From: Cyanophora paradoxa CCMP329
Lineage: Eukaryota; Plantae; Glaucophyta
Direction: 5' to 3'
DNA length: 64,000 nucleotides
Assembly (NCBI GenBank): GCA_004431415.1
Contig: QPMI01000408.1
Coordinates: forward strand, 682,001 to 746,000
Below, one piece after another: positions 29,848 through 42,368 of this stretch (its first letter is position 1; every line of letters begins with the position of its first letter). Position numbers and translations under genes: made by a program. The notes under the pieces were generated by a model, which saw only the letters and a program-made list of their open reading frames with translations, was not told where the DNA came from and searched no databases.

Positions 29848-30776
29848 ACGGCTTTTCTGGAGATCTTGCAGGCGCGGAAGCGACACGGAGCTGGGGCGCT
29901 TCGGTAGCTGCCGCCTGTAGGTCGTTGTGCATCGCAGCGTAGGTTTTTATATAAGAAGCTTTGCATTCCATGTCAGCATTTAGCCAGCGGCCAGAATCCC
30001 GGCGATAGCGCAGCGCCTGTCAACCTCCGCCGCGGGCCAGCGGACTGCTGGCGTCGCGGTTCCACGCCGGACTCGGCAGTCGCGATGGGCGACGACGGAG
30101 TGTTTACTGCGTGCTCGATGGCGACTCGGGCAGTCGTCACAGCCTGGACGGGATGGGATGGTCGCGCCATCGCTCTCCCGCGAGAGCCTTGACGTGTCTT
30201 CGATAGAGGGGCGGGGCGGGGCGGGGCGCCGCGAAGTCTCAGCGGATTCTTTTAAGCTACGTGCAATCCGCGAGATGCGGGTGTCAGAGACGTGCTCCTT
30301 CACAGCGCTCAATGGGGCTGGAGAGAAGGGGTCATCTTCCAGTGCCCGTCCACGCCAGCCGCTGGTACGGCGCCAGCCACGCCAGAATCCCCTCGAGCCG
30401 CGCGCGCTGCCTCCTCCAACGCCGCCGGTCGAGGTCGGCACGAAACGCTTAGCTGGCCGTGGGCGCCAGCCTCGCGGCAGCGCCCATCGGGAGCTCGGGC
30501 TTCGCTGCGCCGCTGCAGCACAACACATTTATAGGGCAGCAGAATGTCAGAAGAGCAGAGTAGGCGGCAGCTATTAATTTTCTCGGTAACGCTGCGGATT
30601 ACCGCCCGCGGCCACCTAGTTCGCAATTAAATTTGGAGGGGTCCGATCCTTCGTAGGCAAGGCCTCCCATGGCCACATCCCTCGTGAGCAAACAGAAGTA
30701 TTGAAGCGTAATAAATGCAGCAAACTAGAGGGGAAGGGGCATGGGTGGGAAAGGAAGCGGGGTGGTCCGCGGTGGG

Positions 30777-31392
30777 TTACTGAGCGGCGGCCTCTGTAGC
30801 GGACGCGGCCGGCGCAGACGCTGCGGCAGCACCCTTCTTAGCTGATACCGCTGCGTACAGCTCGCCTAACCTGTCTAGCCGCTCCTGCGCGAAGGGGGTG
30901 AGCTCGAGGCCATGGAGCGGGGCGGATGGAGCGCGGAGGGCCTGAACCTGAATGGTGCGGATGGAGTTGGTGACGCCGAAAACGCGCTTTCGTGCGGAGG
31001 AGAGCTTCTGCACGTAGGCGTCGAACGTGGGCCCCTGGAACTTGGCGTTGAACCCGGCGAGGTCTGCGTAGCGCTGTCAGAAACAACGCTCGGGCGCGTG
31101 ACACGACCGGCGCACTCGCGTTGAATGCATCTATCTGGTTGATCAGGTCGCTCTGGCTCTTCAGGACATCCCGCACGGCCTCGTCCGTCGCGGAGAGGGC
31201 GGGCTGGATGGTCAGCGCCAGGCCGCGAGCGAGCAGCGCCTCGGCGCTCCCTGCGCTCGAACAAGGTGAGTTTCCTGCGCGCGCCAACGCCGCGGCGGCA
31301 GCTCCGCGCCGCTGACCTTCTGCCGGCTCCGCGCCCCCCTGAGGAGTCTGTGTGCGCTGCGCCGGCTCCGCGCCCACCTGAGGGGTCGACAT
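30777..31392 (-). CDS. SNAPIN: SNAPIN / BLOC-1 subunit 7
   Basis: LARGLALTIQPALSATDEAVRDVLKSQSDLINQIDAFNA|NLAG...FDAYVQKLSSARKRVFGVTNSIRTIQ|ERLDRL matches the Snapin pattern (LxP...VxxSQxxL...YVxKLxxARxRV...IQxRLxRL). Confidence 0.82.
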
Positions 31393-31828
31393 GGGCCTCC
31401 TGGCGGCTCCTAGCTGCTGACCGGTAGGCACAAGTCCGGCGTTCGGATCCGGAGGGGAGGGTTTGAGCAGTACCGGCCAAATACGCCCCAGCCTCCGCTC
31501 CAGTCGCACCAGCTTGTTTGAGCGACTGCTAGGCAGTAGTTACCTACTTTTTCAAGCGGCTACCTGCCTGCACGGCCTTGTTCCCGATCCAGCACACCGG
31601 TACACGCGGAGGTCCCTTGCGGCGGCCCCGCAGAGCTTCCCTCGCGTGTCTCCGGCCAGCCTGCGCCTAGCATCCAGCCGGGGCTCAGCGGCCTGGTTGT
31701 GCGCTCAGGGCCGCATCGCCTGGACTGCCGCCAACGTCCCGCGCAAGCGGCCGTGACAGCATTGGTCTCATCGTAACTCTCGGCGGCAACATCCGCAGGC
31801 CCGCAGCTAAGGCGGCCGCCCCGCTTCC

Positions 31829-32846
31829 ATGGCCGCCGCAGAGGAAAACTTCCGTGCGCTCCTTCGGGCGGCGCCGCACGCGGCAGCGACCGCCGCTCTG
31901 AGCGCCCCTGCGCCCGCGCAGATCTCGGGCTGCGATGCCCCGTCATCGGCGCGGCGCGCTGCGGGAAGTCAACGCTGATCCGGAGGCACATGGGGACGGC
32001 CGCGACGCCCTCGTCGGGGGCCGAGGTCCAGCCGCGCATCGAGTTCCACAACCGCCTCTACGAGATCGAGGAGCGGACGTACTCCATCACGTACTGGGAC
32101 GTGTCCCTCGCGAACGCGACGGAGATGATGGTTCTGGAGGCCAAGCGCCTCTGCGCCTCCTCCCCCTGCTACCTCTTCGTCTTCGACGTCACCAGCAAGC
32201 GGAGCCTCGAAGAAATCGCCCTCTGGGATTCGAACCTCTTCGTCAAGGGCGCCCCGGGCCTGCGCGTCCTCATCGCGTGCGCCCCAATGGGTTTAGGAAC
32301 GCGGCTCGGCCCGAGATGAGCCCGTGCAGGAACAAGAGCGACCTGCCCGATCGCGAGGTCTCCCCCGCCGACGCCGAGGCCTTCGCCAGCTCCAAGAACA
32401 TGGTCCTCCTCGGTCCGCGTACCCCCCCCCCCCCCGTCGTCTCTTCCCCCCTTCCCCGTCTCTCGTCCGACCCGAGGCGAGCAGAGGTGAGCGCGGAGAC
32501 GAGCCCCGACGCCGTCATCGAAAACGTTTTCGCCACCCTCGTGCGTACCCCGGCGCTGCCCTAAGAAGAACCTCTCCACCAATCCTGTACCCAGGTGGAG
32601 CTGGTGCACGACATGTACAGCCCTATGGACCCCAAGTCGCTGGCCAAGTTCAGCATCCGCATGGGGAAATTTGCCCTGGCCGCGGCGGCCAAGGCGGGGT
32701 CGGGAGCCGGCGCCAAGATGCGGGCCGGCGCCGGCGCCGGCCGCGAGATCAAGGACGTCTCGACCACCGTCTCATGGTTTGACGGGCCCGACTCGCCGCC
32801 CGCAGAGCCAGTGCACGCGCACCAGCACGTGCATGCAGACGCTTGA
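31829..32846 (+). CDS. Atypical Rab-like small GTPase
   Basis: MAAAEENF|HLGLRCPVIGAARCGKST (G1), SITYWDVSLAN (degenerate G3), LFVFDVTSKRSLEEI, LIA|NKSDLPDREVS (G4), EVSAET (G5-like). No C-terminal prenylation cysteines. Confidence 0.8.
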
Positions 32847-33145
32847 TCGCTCGGCCCAGCCGCTAGATATAATTATAATCATGCGCTTTCCTCTGGTTAT
32901 TGTTGAAAGAGTTCGAACACACACGTGCAGAAAGCAGGAACAAAACGCAGAAAAAGTGATTGACGGGATACGTTGCAGTTGGGGCGCGGGCGGGGGGCAG
33001 GCCGCTCCTGTCCCGCGCGCCGCCCTATCCGAGCGGGACGGCCCCCGCTGATCAAACCGAAGATCGTTATCTCTGTGATTTTTGTGTCTTAAACTGGCGC
33101 CGTCTTCCTTGGCGTCGCTCCGCAGCCCTCTCGCCCTCGAGCCTC

Positions 33146-36100
33146 CTAGTGTCCCTTGGGAAAGATCGCGTCGGCAGCCTCCAGAAGGGTCTTCATCGCT
33201 TGCCTGCGGCGCGTTCGAGAAAGCGGAAGGACGAGAGGGGTACGGGGGCCGCTTTCGGCGCACCGGTTCTCCTCCGAATCGTGGACGACGTCCTTGTCGC
33301 CGGAGTACACCAGCTTGAGAACGAAGCTAAGGGGGGGGGGGAAGGCGCTCAGCGGGGTACTCGATGCGAGAGGAGAGGGAGGGAGGGGTACCGCTTGTCG
33401 CCGAAGCCGCTCTCGACGGCGCTCTGGGGCGGGTCCTTCACCTTCGACGGGTCCTCGCTCTTCCGCATGACCAGCAGCGCCACGTGCTTCACGCCTGGGG
33501 GGTACGCGATCGGACGGGGAAGGGGTACAGGACGGACGGGGCGGGGGTACGCGCGCGAACCGGCCTTGCGGAGGTTCTCGAGGGCGCGCTTGTCCACCGG
33601 CTCGATCTTCGAGTCGCTGCGGAAGAGTCAGCGAGGAAGAAAGAAGAAGGGGAGGGGTACGCTAGAACTAAGAAGAAGAGGGGTACGCGCCTGTAGGCGT
33701 GGCCGACGAGGAGGGCGGCGAGGGGCGCCTGCTTGCCCTCCCCCGCGGCCCCCGAGGAGGCGGCGGCGCCGGCCTGGCGCTGGAGCTCGTCGAGGGAGGC
33801 GAAGTTGAAGATGTAGGGGCGGGCGTGGCCCGCGAAGCCGGAGGAGAGCACGTCCTGCCGGGCGGGAGGGGGGGTCAGGAGGAGGAGGGGGGGGAAGAGG
33901 AAGGCAAAGGCGAAGCTAAGCTGAGAGCTAAGGCAGAGCTAAGCCGCGCTATGCGCCAGAAGAGATAGGAGAGAGGGGCCTGGGTCAGAGGGGAGCGGGC
34001 GGGGGGCGCTCGCTCGCCTTGATGTTGCGGGGCAGCTTCTAGAGTAGGGGCAAGCAGCTAGAATGGCGGAAAGAGCGGGCGGGGGGCGCTCGCGGCTAGA
34101 ATGGTGCTAGAGCTATCTTCAAAAGCGGGCGGGGTAGGCTCGCCTTGATGTTGCGGGGCAGCTTCTCCATCTCGCGGGACTGGAAGACCGCGATCACCGC
34201 CTCCTGCCTCCGCTCCGGCGCCTTCTTCTCCGCCGGCTTCGAGGAGGAGGCGGAGGCGGAGGCGCCGGGGGCGGCGCCGGCGCCGGCGGTTTTGGAGGGA
34301 GATTCCGAGGACTTCTTCTCGTACCCGGGCGGCGGCCCGATCTGGGTACGGATTCAGAGGACAGAGGGGGGGAAGAGGGGGGGGTAGAAGAGAAGGGCGC
34401 ACGTCGGGGCCGGGGCTGCGCTGCTGAGGGCGCCGGGCGTCCGGGTCCTGTCCCAAAAGTCGGCAAGATGGAAGAGGGGGGGGGGGGGGGGGGGGGGATG
34501 AAGCGCACGCGGGCCTTGGGGTCGCCCCCGGGGCTGGGCCCGCCCCGCGGGGGCCGCCCCGCCGTCCGCTGCTGCTCACGGTCCCCCGCGGCCTGCGGGC
34601 GGCCGGCCGGAGCATCGCCGGGGGCGCCCCCCTGCGGCCGCTGCGGCCGCCGCGGGCTGGAGAAGAGAAGGAGAGGGGGCTGAGTCGACGGCGGAGAAAG
34701 GGGGCCCCGGGGCTCGAACCTGCGGCCGCGGAGCTGCTCGAGCTCGCGGCGCATGCGCATGCGCGACTCCTCCGACTTGATCACCTGAGCGCGCGGCGGT
34801 GAGGCCCAAGGCCCGTCGCAGGCGGCGGCCCGGGCTGCCCCGGTGCGAGCTAGGGAGGGATAGAGCCTAACCAACTCGAGCAGCACGCCCCGGGGACCCA
34901 CGTACCCCCACTCTCCGCCCCGAGGCGAGCGGCCGGGGGTACAGCCTAGACCAAGCGGGGTACAGTCCCAAAGCAGGCGGCGGGGTACGGGCGAACCTGG
35001 TCGCGGAGGACGACGTACTTGTGGGCGAGGTCCGCGCACTTCTCTGCGCGCGCGGCGTCGGCCCGGGCGCGAGGGAGGCGGGCGGGCGGAGAGGCGGCCG
35101 CCTCAACGCTAAGGCAACCCGCCTAGAGGCGACGAGGAGGCAACGCCAAGGCGGGGCCGAGCCGGGGCGGCCCCCTATTCGGCTAACAGGGCCGGGCGGG
35201 GCGGGGCGGGGCGGGGCGGGGCGGGGCGGGGCGGGCGCACGGTGCTCGGACTGGGCCGCCTCGCGGAGGGATCGCTCCAGCGCCAAATCCCGCCGCAGCT
35301 CCTCCAGCTCCTTCAGATCGGATCGGATCAGATCAGACGGATCAGACGAATCAGACGAATCAGATCAGGTGAGCAGGGTGCAAGTACCTCCAGGGCCGCG
35401 TGGGGTACCTCGACCACGTTCGGGGAGGCCACGACCGCCAGGGGCGCCTGTCGGGGTGGAGGGAGGGCCGGATCATATCTCAGACGGGAGGGGGGGGGTT
35501 CGGGCTGAAAGGAACGCACGGGGGAGGCGGCGGGCGACGGCGACGGGGCCGCGGAGGCCTGCCCGACTCTCAGAGAGGACGGGGGTAGAGGTGGAGGTGG
35601 GGGGGTACGAGGGGCGCACGGGGGACTCGCGGAGGCGCAGGTTCTCGGCCCGCAGGCGGTTTACCTCCGCCGAGAGGACCTGGGAAAGGGGGGTAGGGGG
35701 TCTCAGGGGGGTACAGGCGGCGGAACTGGGGAAAAGCAGTTGGGGGGGGGGGTACCTGGGAGGACATGCGGAGGCTCATGACCTGCTCCTCGAGCAGCAC
35801 GACCTTCGCCTCCCGGTCCTTCAGCTGCGCCGAAAACGCTCGTTCTTTGTATGGGGGGAGGGGACTGGAGGGGGGTACACGCGCCTCGGCCTCGAGGGTG
35901 CGGATGCGGGCGGCGTTGGCGGGCCCGTCGGAGGCGTGGGCGCCGTCGGCGCCACCCACGAGGCCCGAGCGGAGCACGTGGAGGAGCTCCGAGGACTGCG
36001 GTTCGGGTGGAAACGGAATCGGGCCCCGCGCGGATTCGAACGCGGACCTTCGAAGCGAGCTGGTCGCGGACGTAGGAGAGCTCGGCGCGGAGGCAGTCGA

Positions 36101-37205
36101 CCTCGGCTCGGAGCGCGTCGCTGGTGATGGAGGCGAGGCGGGCCTCCAGCTGCGCCTGGTCCTTGGCGCGCCGCGCCTGGTTCGCACCGTGCGTCCCGTC
36201 CGTCGAGGCCGCCCCGTCCGCCGAGCGGGGCGTGAGCGAGCCCGGGCTCGGCTGGAGCGAGGAGGCGTTCATGGCGTGCGGGGCGAGGAGGAAGTTGGCG
36301 GCCCCGGGCGAGGTCGCCCCGCCGGCGGCGCGCGCCGGCGGCCTGAGGACGCCGGCCGCGCCGGCGGCGGGCGAGGCGGGTCGCCTGGGCTCCACTGCGG
36401 CGAGGAGGTGGAGGAGAGGGCGGGGCGGGCGAACTGGACGGTGATCTGGGCGTGCGCGGCGGCCCCGGCGTGCCGTTCGCCGTCGGCGACGTCGAGGAGG
36501 CCGGGCGGCCGCCATGTGCGGGAGCAGACGGGCCGCGAGCGACGGGCCGCTCGGGCCGTGCGGCGGCCGGGCCGCCGCCGGGGCCGGGGCCGGCGCGCCC
36601 GCGACGGGCGTGACGGCCGGCGTGATCTCGAGCGGGCTCTGAGACTCCAGGTTGTCGGGGCGGTCGCCGCGGTTCGCGGGTCCCGCCGCGCCCCCGCGGC
36701 CGCCCCGGACGCCGCGCCGCACGGTCAACGGAACGCCGGCGGCCCAGGCTGCCGGAGCTGCCGGTTCGCTGGACTCGGAGGGCGGCGGGCGCTCCCTCGG
36801 AGCGGATTGCGCGCGCTGCTTGATCGACGTGATCGGCTCCGGCTGCTCAACGCCCGGCGCCTGGCCGCCTGCGAGTGCGTTGCGTGAGTTCGAAGGCTCC
36901 ATTCGGAGGCTGTCGACGACGATACACGGTCGCGTGCGAGCACGACGCCGGCGCACCCTTCTTCTTGAACGATGGAGCCGTCAGCGTGACGAGCGGCGTG
37001 GACGAAGTCGCCCCGGAGGGGGCAGCTGAGTCCGCGGTCGACGCCGTCTTCGGGCGGTACTGCATCTGAGGCGTTCGATGGCCGCCTCGACCGCGTCCGG
37101 AATGACCACCTCGACCGCCTGCATCGCACGGAGCAACGTCAGGGACCACGTGAGAGGTCGAGAAGGGCAAGAGTCACCAAACACCCCTGCGCCATTGTCC
37201 GCCAT
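33146..37205 (-). CDS. Unknown protein: RGG-rich N-terminus, disordered region, coiled coil and a C-terminal alpha/beta domain
   Basis: Spliceable exons GGRGGHSGRGRGG...KKKG|GQAPG..., AKDQAQLEARLAS...LRAELSYVRDQLASK|...LKDREAKVVLLEEQVMSL..., KLPRNIK|DVLSSGF...APLAALLVGHAY|...GVKHVALLVMRKS...|QAMKTLLEAADAIFPKGH*. The first exon and some internal exons are uncertain. Confidence 0.55.
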
Positions 37206-37470
37206 CGCTGCTGGGTTCAGCAAGCCTTCGTTCAATTCTTGGTGTTCGCTAGAGCCGCAGCGAGCCGCTGCCTTCGTTCCGACGCGTCTGAGCCGCTGCC
37301 CAGGACGTGAAACTTCCGCAAGTGGACGAAAATCTGGACCGACTCGGAGCCGAACTGCTGTCTTCGGGTCCGAGTGGTGCAAGACAAGGCATTGCCAGGC
37401 TTCGCTATAGCTAGGCGTCCCGTAGCGTCGCTCCCGGCCTCTCCGCACAGCCGCACAGCTCTGCGGCGTC

Positions 37471-40400
37471 ATGCTGGCACTGCGCTTCCGCTTCCCGGCG
37501 AGCGCAGCGCTCGCGCGGTCCGGTAAGTCGCTTCCTGACGGCGCTTCGGCTGCGCTGACCCGCCACGCGGCCCCGATCGCAGCCCTGCCGGTCGGCTGGC
37601 GCTCCCTTGGGGCGAGCGCTCCGCCCCCGCTACCGCACGCTTGGGCGCACGCCTCTACGCTGCTCTCCAGCGGCTTCGGGATCCGCGCGTACGCCGCGGC
37701 AACAGCCAAGGCGCGGGATCGGCGTCCGGCCAAGCCCGCGTCGGAGGCCGCTGCGGCCGCGAAGGCCAAGCCGGCGAAGAGCAAGGCGCTCAAGAAGCCG
37801 AAGAAGGAGGCCGAGAAGCCGCCGCAGCCGAAGGCGGAGGGCCCGAGCGCCGCGGGCGAGAGCGCCGAGCTCCGGAAGTGGGGCATCGACCCCGTCTCCG
37901 TCGCGCTCCTCGAGGGAGAGGACGCGGAGCTGGACGAGGCGAGCGACGACGTGATCGAGCGCGGGAATCTCAAGCGCGGCGCGAAGGACGCGGCGGGCGC
38001 GGCCGGCGGCTCCGGCGCGAAGGTCGCTGGGAAGCGCGGCACGCGATGGTTCGGCGCATCTCGTCTTGTTCCAGGGGCCCCCGCGCGCCTCACTCCGCTC
38101 AGGTACCAGCGCGAGATCGAGCGCCTGTGCTCCAAGGAAGGCGACGGCGCCGCGGTGCGTTGCGGCTCTGGATCTTGGTCGCCCCGTCTCTCTCTCTCGC
38201 AGCTCGAATTTGATCCCGCCCTTCCCACCTTGCCAGGCCGCGGCGGAGGAGGCGCTCCGACACCACGAAAAAATGGCGAAGGAGCACGTACCCATGAACC
38301 TCGCCATCTACAACGCGCTGATCGGTACCCCCGGAGGGCCCGCACCCGTACCCCCCGCGCCCTGCGAGCGCCCCCCGCAGACGCGATGGCGTCCAACGGG
38401 CGCGGCGAGCGCGCCGAGTCTTTATATGCCGACATGCGCCGCCGCGGCGTGCGCGGCCTTCCCTCCCGCCCGCCCGTACCCCCTTTCCCCCTACCGCCCC
38501 CCTCCAACGCGCCCGTCCCTTCCCGTTCCCCTCGCAGATCCGGCCGGACACGCGGACGATAGTCGGCGTTGTAAACACGTGCGCCGAGGCGATCCGTCGC
38601 GCCCGCCTCTCTCAGCAGGAGTCCGACCGCGCCCGGTGCGGCACGGAACCGCCTGTACCGCCCCTCGCAATGCGTTCGTCATACCCCCCGCAGCATTGAC
38701 AAGCTCCTGGCGCGCGTGGACGAGCTCATAAAGAAGTGCGGTACCCCCGGGCTCCTCCTCCCCCCCCCCTCCGAACGCGTACCCAGGGACGCTGCGCGGT
38801 GGGAAGTGAAGCCGAACCGGATCCTCTACAACGCCGCGATCAAGGTGCCGTACCCCGTTCCGGTCGCGTACCCCTCCGCACCCTTATTCTCTGACCTGCC
38901 TGAAGGCCGCCGGGCTCGCGAGGCGGCCCGAGGCCGCAGAATCCTGGCTCGAGGCGCGCCCGGACCCTCCGCCCCTCTCCTTCCCCCGCTGAGCGTCCGC
39001 GCAGGAGATGCGGGCCAGGGGGGTACGCCCCGACGAGTACACAATCTCCAGCCTCCTCCTCGCCGTCGACGGTGCGCCTCGCGTACCCCCTCTCGCCTCT
39101 CTCGTACCCCGGTTTCATTTTCAGCGCACGCGCACAGGCCAAGGGCAGGAGGCGCTCGAAAAGTACGCCTTCCGATGGGTCGCCGAGCTCCGCTCTAAGG
39201 CATCTTTCTATCTCTCTCTGTACCCCCTCTAGATCCTGCTGCTGAATATAGCGCAGGACGGGGTCAAGCCCGACGCTGCGGCGTACAATTCGCTGCTGCA
39301 GGCCTGCCGGGTGCGAACCCTCGCTACGGGAGAACGTACCCCCCGCCCCGGCGACCCGCCCTGACTGCTCGTACCCCCGCAGGTGGCGAAGGACGAGGAG
39401 AGTCTCATGGCGGTGTACAACGAAATGAGGCACGAGGGGGGTACGCCCGCGTTTCTCTTGGCCCTCCCTCCCCTCTGCCCCTAAGGGTCCCTGTCTTTCC
39501 GCCCCAGGCCCCACCGCGCGCCCCGACGCGGCGACGTACGCCATTCTCATGGCGGCCCTCTCTGACCCCGGCAAGGCAAGCGACCCGTACCCCTCCCCCA
39601 CACATTCGCGTACCCCTCCGAGCCGCGCGCAGGGCCCGCGTATGGCGCCCGAGCCGGAGCGGCGGGCGAAGCAGTCGGCGGCGGACAAGGCGAAGGGGTA
39701 CATGCAGCAGGCGCGGGACCTCCGCGTCCGCCTCGATACCCCCGTCTACAACGCGTGCGCCGGAGGCCGTCGCTCTCGTACCCCCCGCCCGCCTCCGCCG
39801 TCTAAGCTGCGGGCAGGTTCCTGGGGGTCATGGCGTGGGCGGGGGACGCGGAGGGGGCGCGCGAGGGCCTCCAGCGACTCCGGACCGACCGGCTAACCCC
39901 AGATTCGGTACCCCCTTCCCCCCCCCCCCCCCCAAGAATAGTCTTCGCTAAGGTCGCGGCTGCCTTTGCGCCCTCGCTGACGCCGCGGCCCGCAGCTGTC
40001 GTACGTCGAGGTACTGCGTGCGCACACGCGCAGCGGGGACTACGAGGGCGCCTGGCGCTGGTGGGAGGCACTTCGCGCCCAGGTACCCCCGCTCCCTTTC
40101 TCTGTACCCCCGGAGCCAGCTGAGGCTGGGCGGGCGCAGGAGAGGGGCCGGCCGTCGCTCTTCGCGGCGACCGCGGCGCTGCACTCGCTCGTGCGGGCGG
40201 CGGAGGCGGAGGCGCTGCCGCGCGTCATTCTCACTGAGCGCGCCCTCGCCGTCTGCGCGGTACCCCCCTTTTCTTTCTCCCCCCCTCTTCAAAAAAATTT
40301 GAAACTCAGATTTGATCGCAGGACATGCGGGCGGGGAAGCAGCGGGTGAGGCCGGACGCGCTGGCCCGGGACCTCCTCTCGCGGCTGGCGCAGAAGACCG

Positions 40401-40630
40401 GGAGCCCCGAGCTGCGCGCCGCCGCCCTCGACGAGCGGCCGGCCCCGGGCGAGGCGCCCGCCCCGCCGGCCGCAGCAGGCGACCGCAGCCGGAAGTCGGC
40501 CGACGAGGAGGCCACCGCTCCGGCTCCCTCGGCTGAAAAGAAGGAGAAGAAAGAGAAGAAGAAGGAAGGCAAGAGCCTGTCGCCCCGCAAGACCCGCCCG
40601 CCCTCGCCCGCCAAGGCCCGCGCGCGATGA
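37471..40630 (+). CDS. Pentatricopeptide repeat (PPR) protein, probably mitochondrial
   Basis: PPR motifs VPMNLAIYNALI|DAMASNGRGERAESLYADMRRRG, VKPNRILYNAAIK, GVRPDEYTISSLL, GVKPDAAAYNSLLQACR, LDTPVYNAFLGVMAWAGDAEGA. The presequence MLALRFRFPASAALAR is Arg/Ala-rich. Confidence 0.88.
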
Positions 40631-40879
40631 GATTCGCGTGAACCGAATTCGATGTGAAGTTCAATGCTCTCAGGATCAAACTAGCCTAGTAGCGTGCCTT
40701 GGCGGAGCGGGCGACCGGCAGCGGCGGCAGGGTGCACGTGCGGGCGGCTATTTCCGGGCGCTGAATTCGAAAGCACTGCTAGTATGCATTGTACAACATG
40801 CATGCCCGGCTGCCCGGCGCTAGCGCTGGAAGACAAGCGCGGGCGGCCGTGGGCGGCGGGCGGCGCGGCGTCGGTCCGC

Positions 40880-42103
40880 TTAGTAGGAGATGGCCTCGAG
40901 GGTGAACTTGGGGTCCGGAACGTGGCCGCGGCGGGGCTTCGCCGGCAGGACCTGCGGCGTGCAGCGCGGATCGAATCCGGAAAAGAGGCGCGGCGGGGCA
41001 GGCGCAGCGGCGCACGTCGTCGATCAGGCCGTACTCCTTGGCCTCGGTCGGGCTCATGAACTTGTCGCGCTCGGTGTCAGCCAGAATCTTCTCGAGCGGC
41101 TGGCTGGTGTGCTCCGCCATAAGCTCGCTAAGGCGGCGCTTGTGGTACAGGATCTGAGGAAGACCGGTCAGAACCGAAAGAAGCCGTTCGGGCTTTTCAC
41201 GCCGCGAACCTCCTTCGCCTGAATCTTGACGTCAGTAGCCTGGCCCTGAGCACCGCCAAGGGGCTGGTGGATCTGCGAAAAGGAAAAGGGCGCGTCAGCC
41301 GCGGTTGGGACGACCATCCGGCGAGCGCCGCGCCGCACCATAATGCGGGAGTGGGGAAGGCTGTAGCGCTTGCCCTTCTTGCCAGCGCTGAGGAGGAAAG
41401 CGCCCATGCTGGCAGCCAGGCCGAAGCAGATAGTGGAGACGTCGGGCTTGATGTAGTTCATCGTGTCGAACATCGCCATGCCAGCGGTCACCGAGCCACC
41501 GGGCGAGTTAACGTACATCTTGATGTCCTTCTGCGAGTCTTGCGACGCCAGGTACATGAGCTGCGTGACTGCGCCACCGCAATTCCCGGATCAGCCACAG
41601 GCGCGGAGGCAGCGACGAGAGGAATGCGTTCTCGCTAGCTGCACGCGGTTATCTAGCAGAAAGCGCGCGCTGCCGCCGCGGTGCTCCGCGGCGGGGAGAG
41701 CGAAGCGGGGCACGTGTGACCCAATGAAGGGCGCACCCACGGCGTTCGAGACGGTGTCGTCGATGCTGCCGCCGAGGAAAACGACGCGATCCCTCAACAG
41801 GCGGGTCCAAAGGTCCATCGCCTTGCCGGAGCTCACGTCGAAGACGGTCGGCACGGAGACGGGTGCCTTCGGGGGGCCGCTAGGGGACGGACGCTGAGGA
41901 GGCGCATCCGGCTCGGGTGCCATGCAGACAACCTCAACGTTCGCAGCCGCCTCGAACACCCGCCGCGGCTTCTGGCTGACGCCCTCGCCGAGGAACTGTT
42001 TGCGGGGACCCGCCGAAGCTGCGCGAACCGTCGCCTCGCCAACGAACGGCGAGCGGCCCGACACATGCGCGGCCGGCGCCGCGGGTGCGCAGAAGCTGGC
42101 CAT
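40880..42103 (-). CDS. clpP: ATP-dependent Clp protease proteolytic subunit, plastid-targeted
   Basis: [36 protein letters not shown] (catalytic Ser), RIM|[12 protein letters not shown] (His), [20 protein letters not shown] (Asp). Transit peptide starts MASF. Confidence 0.95.
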
Positions 42104-42368
42104 TCTGCGGCTGGCTGCGATCTTAGGGATCGAACTGTACCCGGCCACGTTCCCCGTACCCCCACCCTTTGCCTCGAAGCAGCCTCTTCTTCGTCCCCGC
42201 TCGCCCCGGAAGCTTTCCGGCGGACGTTTCGATCGGCTTCATTGATTGTCGCGCCAGTGAGCCCAAAGCCTGCCCCAGCTGCTCCGTGGATAGAGGATAA
42301 GGTCCGCTAGAGCCTTACGGCTCGCCGGGTGGCACAGCTCAGCAGCGCTTGTGCATCTTTCGGCTCCA

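Noticed and set aside
29970-30630. Possible small gene between NDUFB2 and SNAPIN
   Set aside because: Some coding-like stretches, but no consistent start, splice pattern or recognisable motif.
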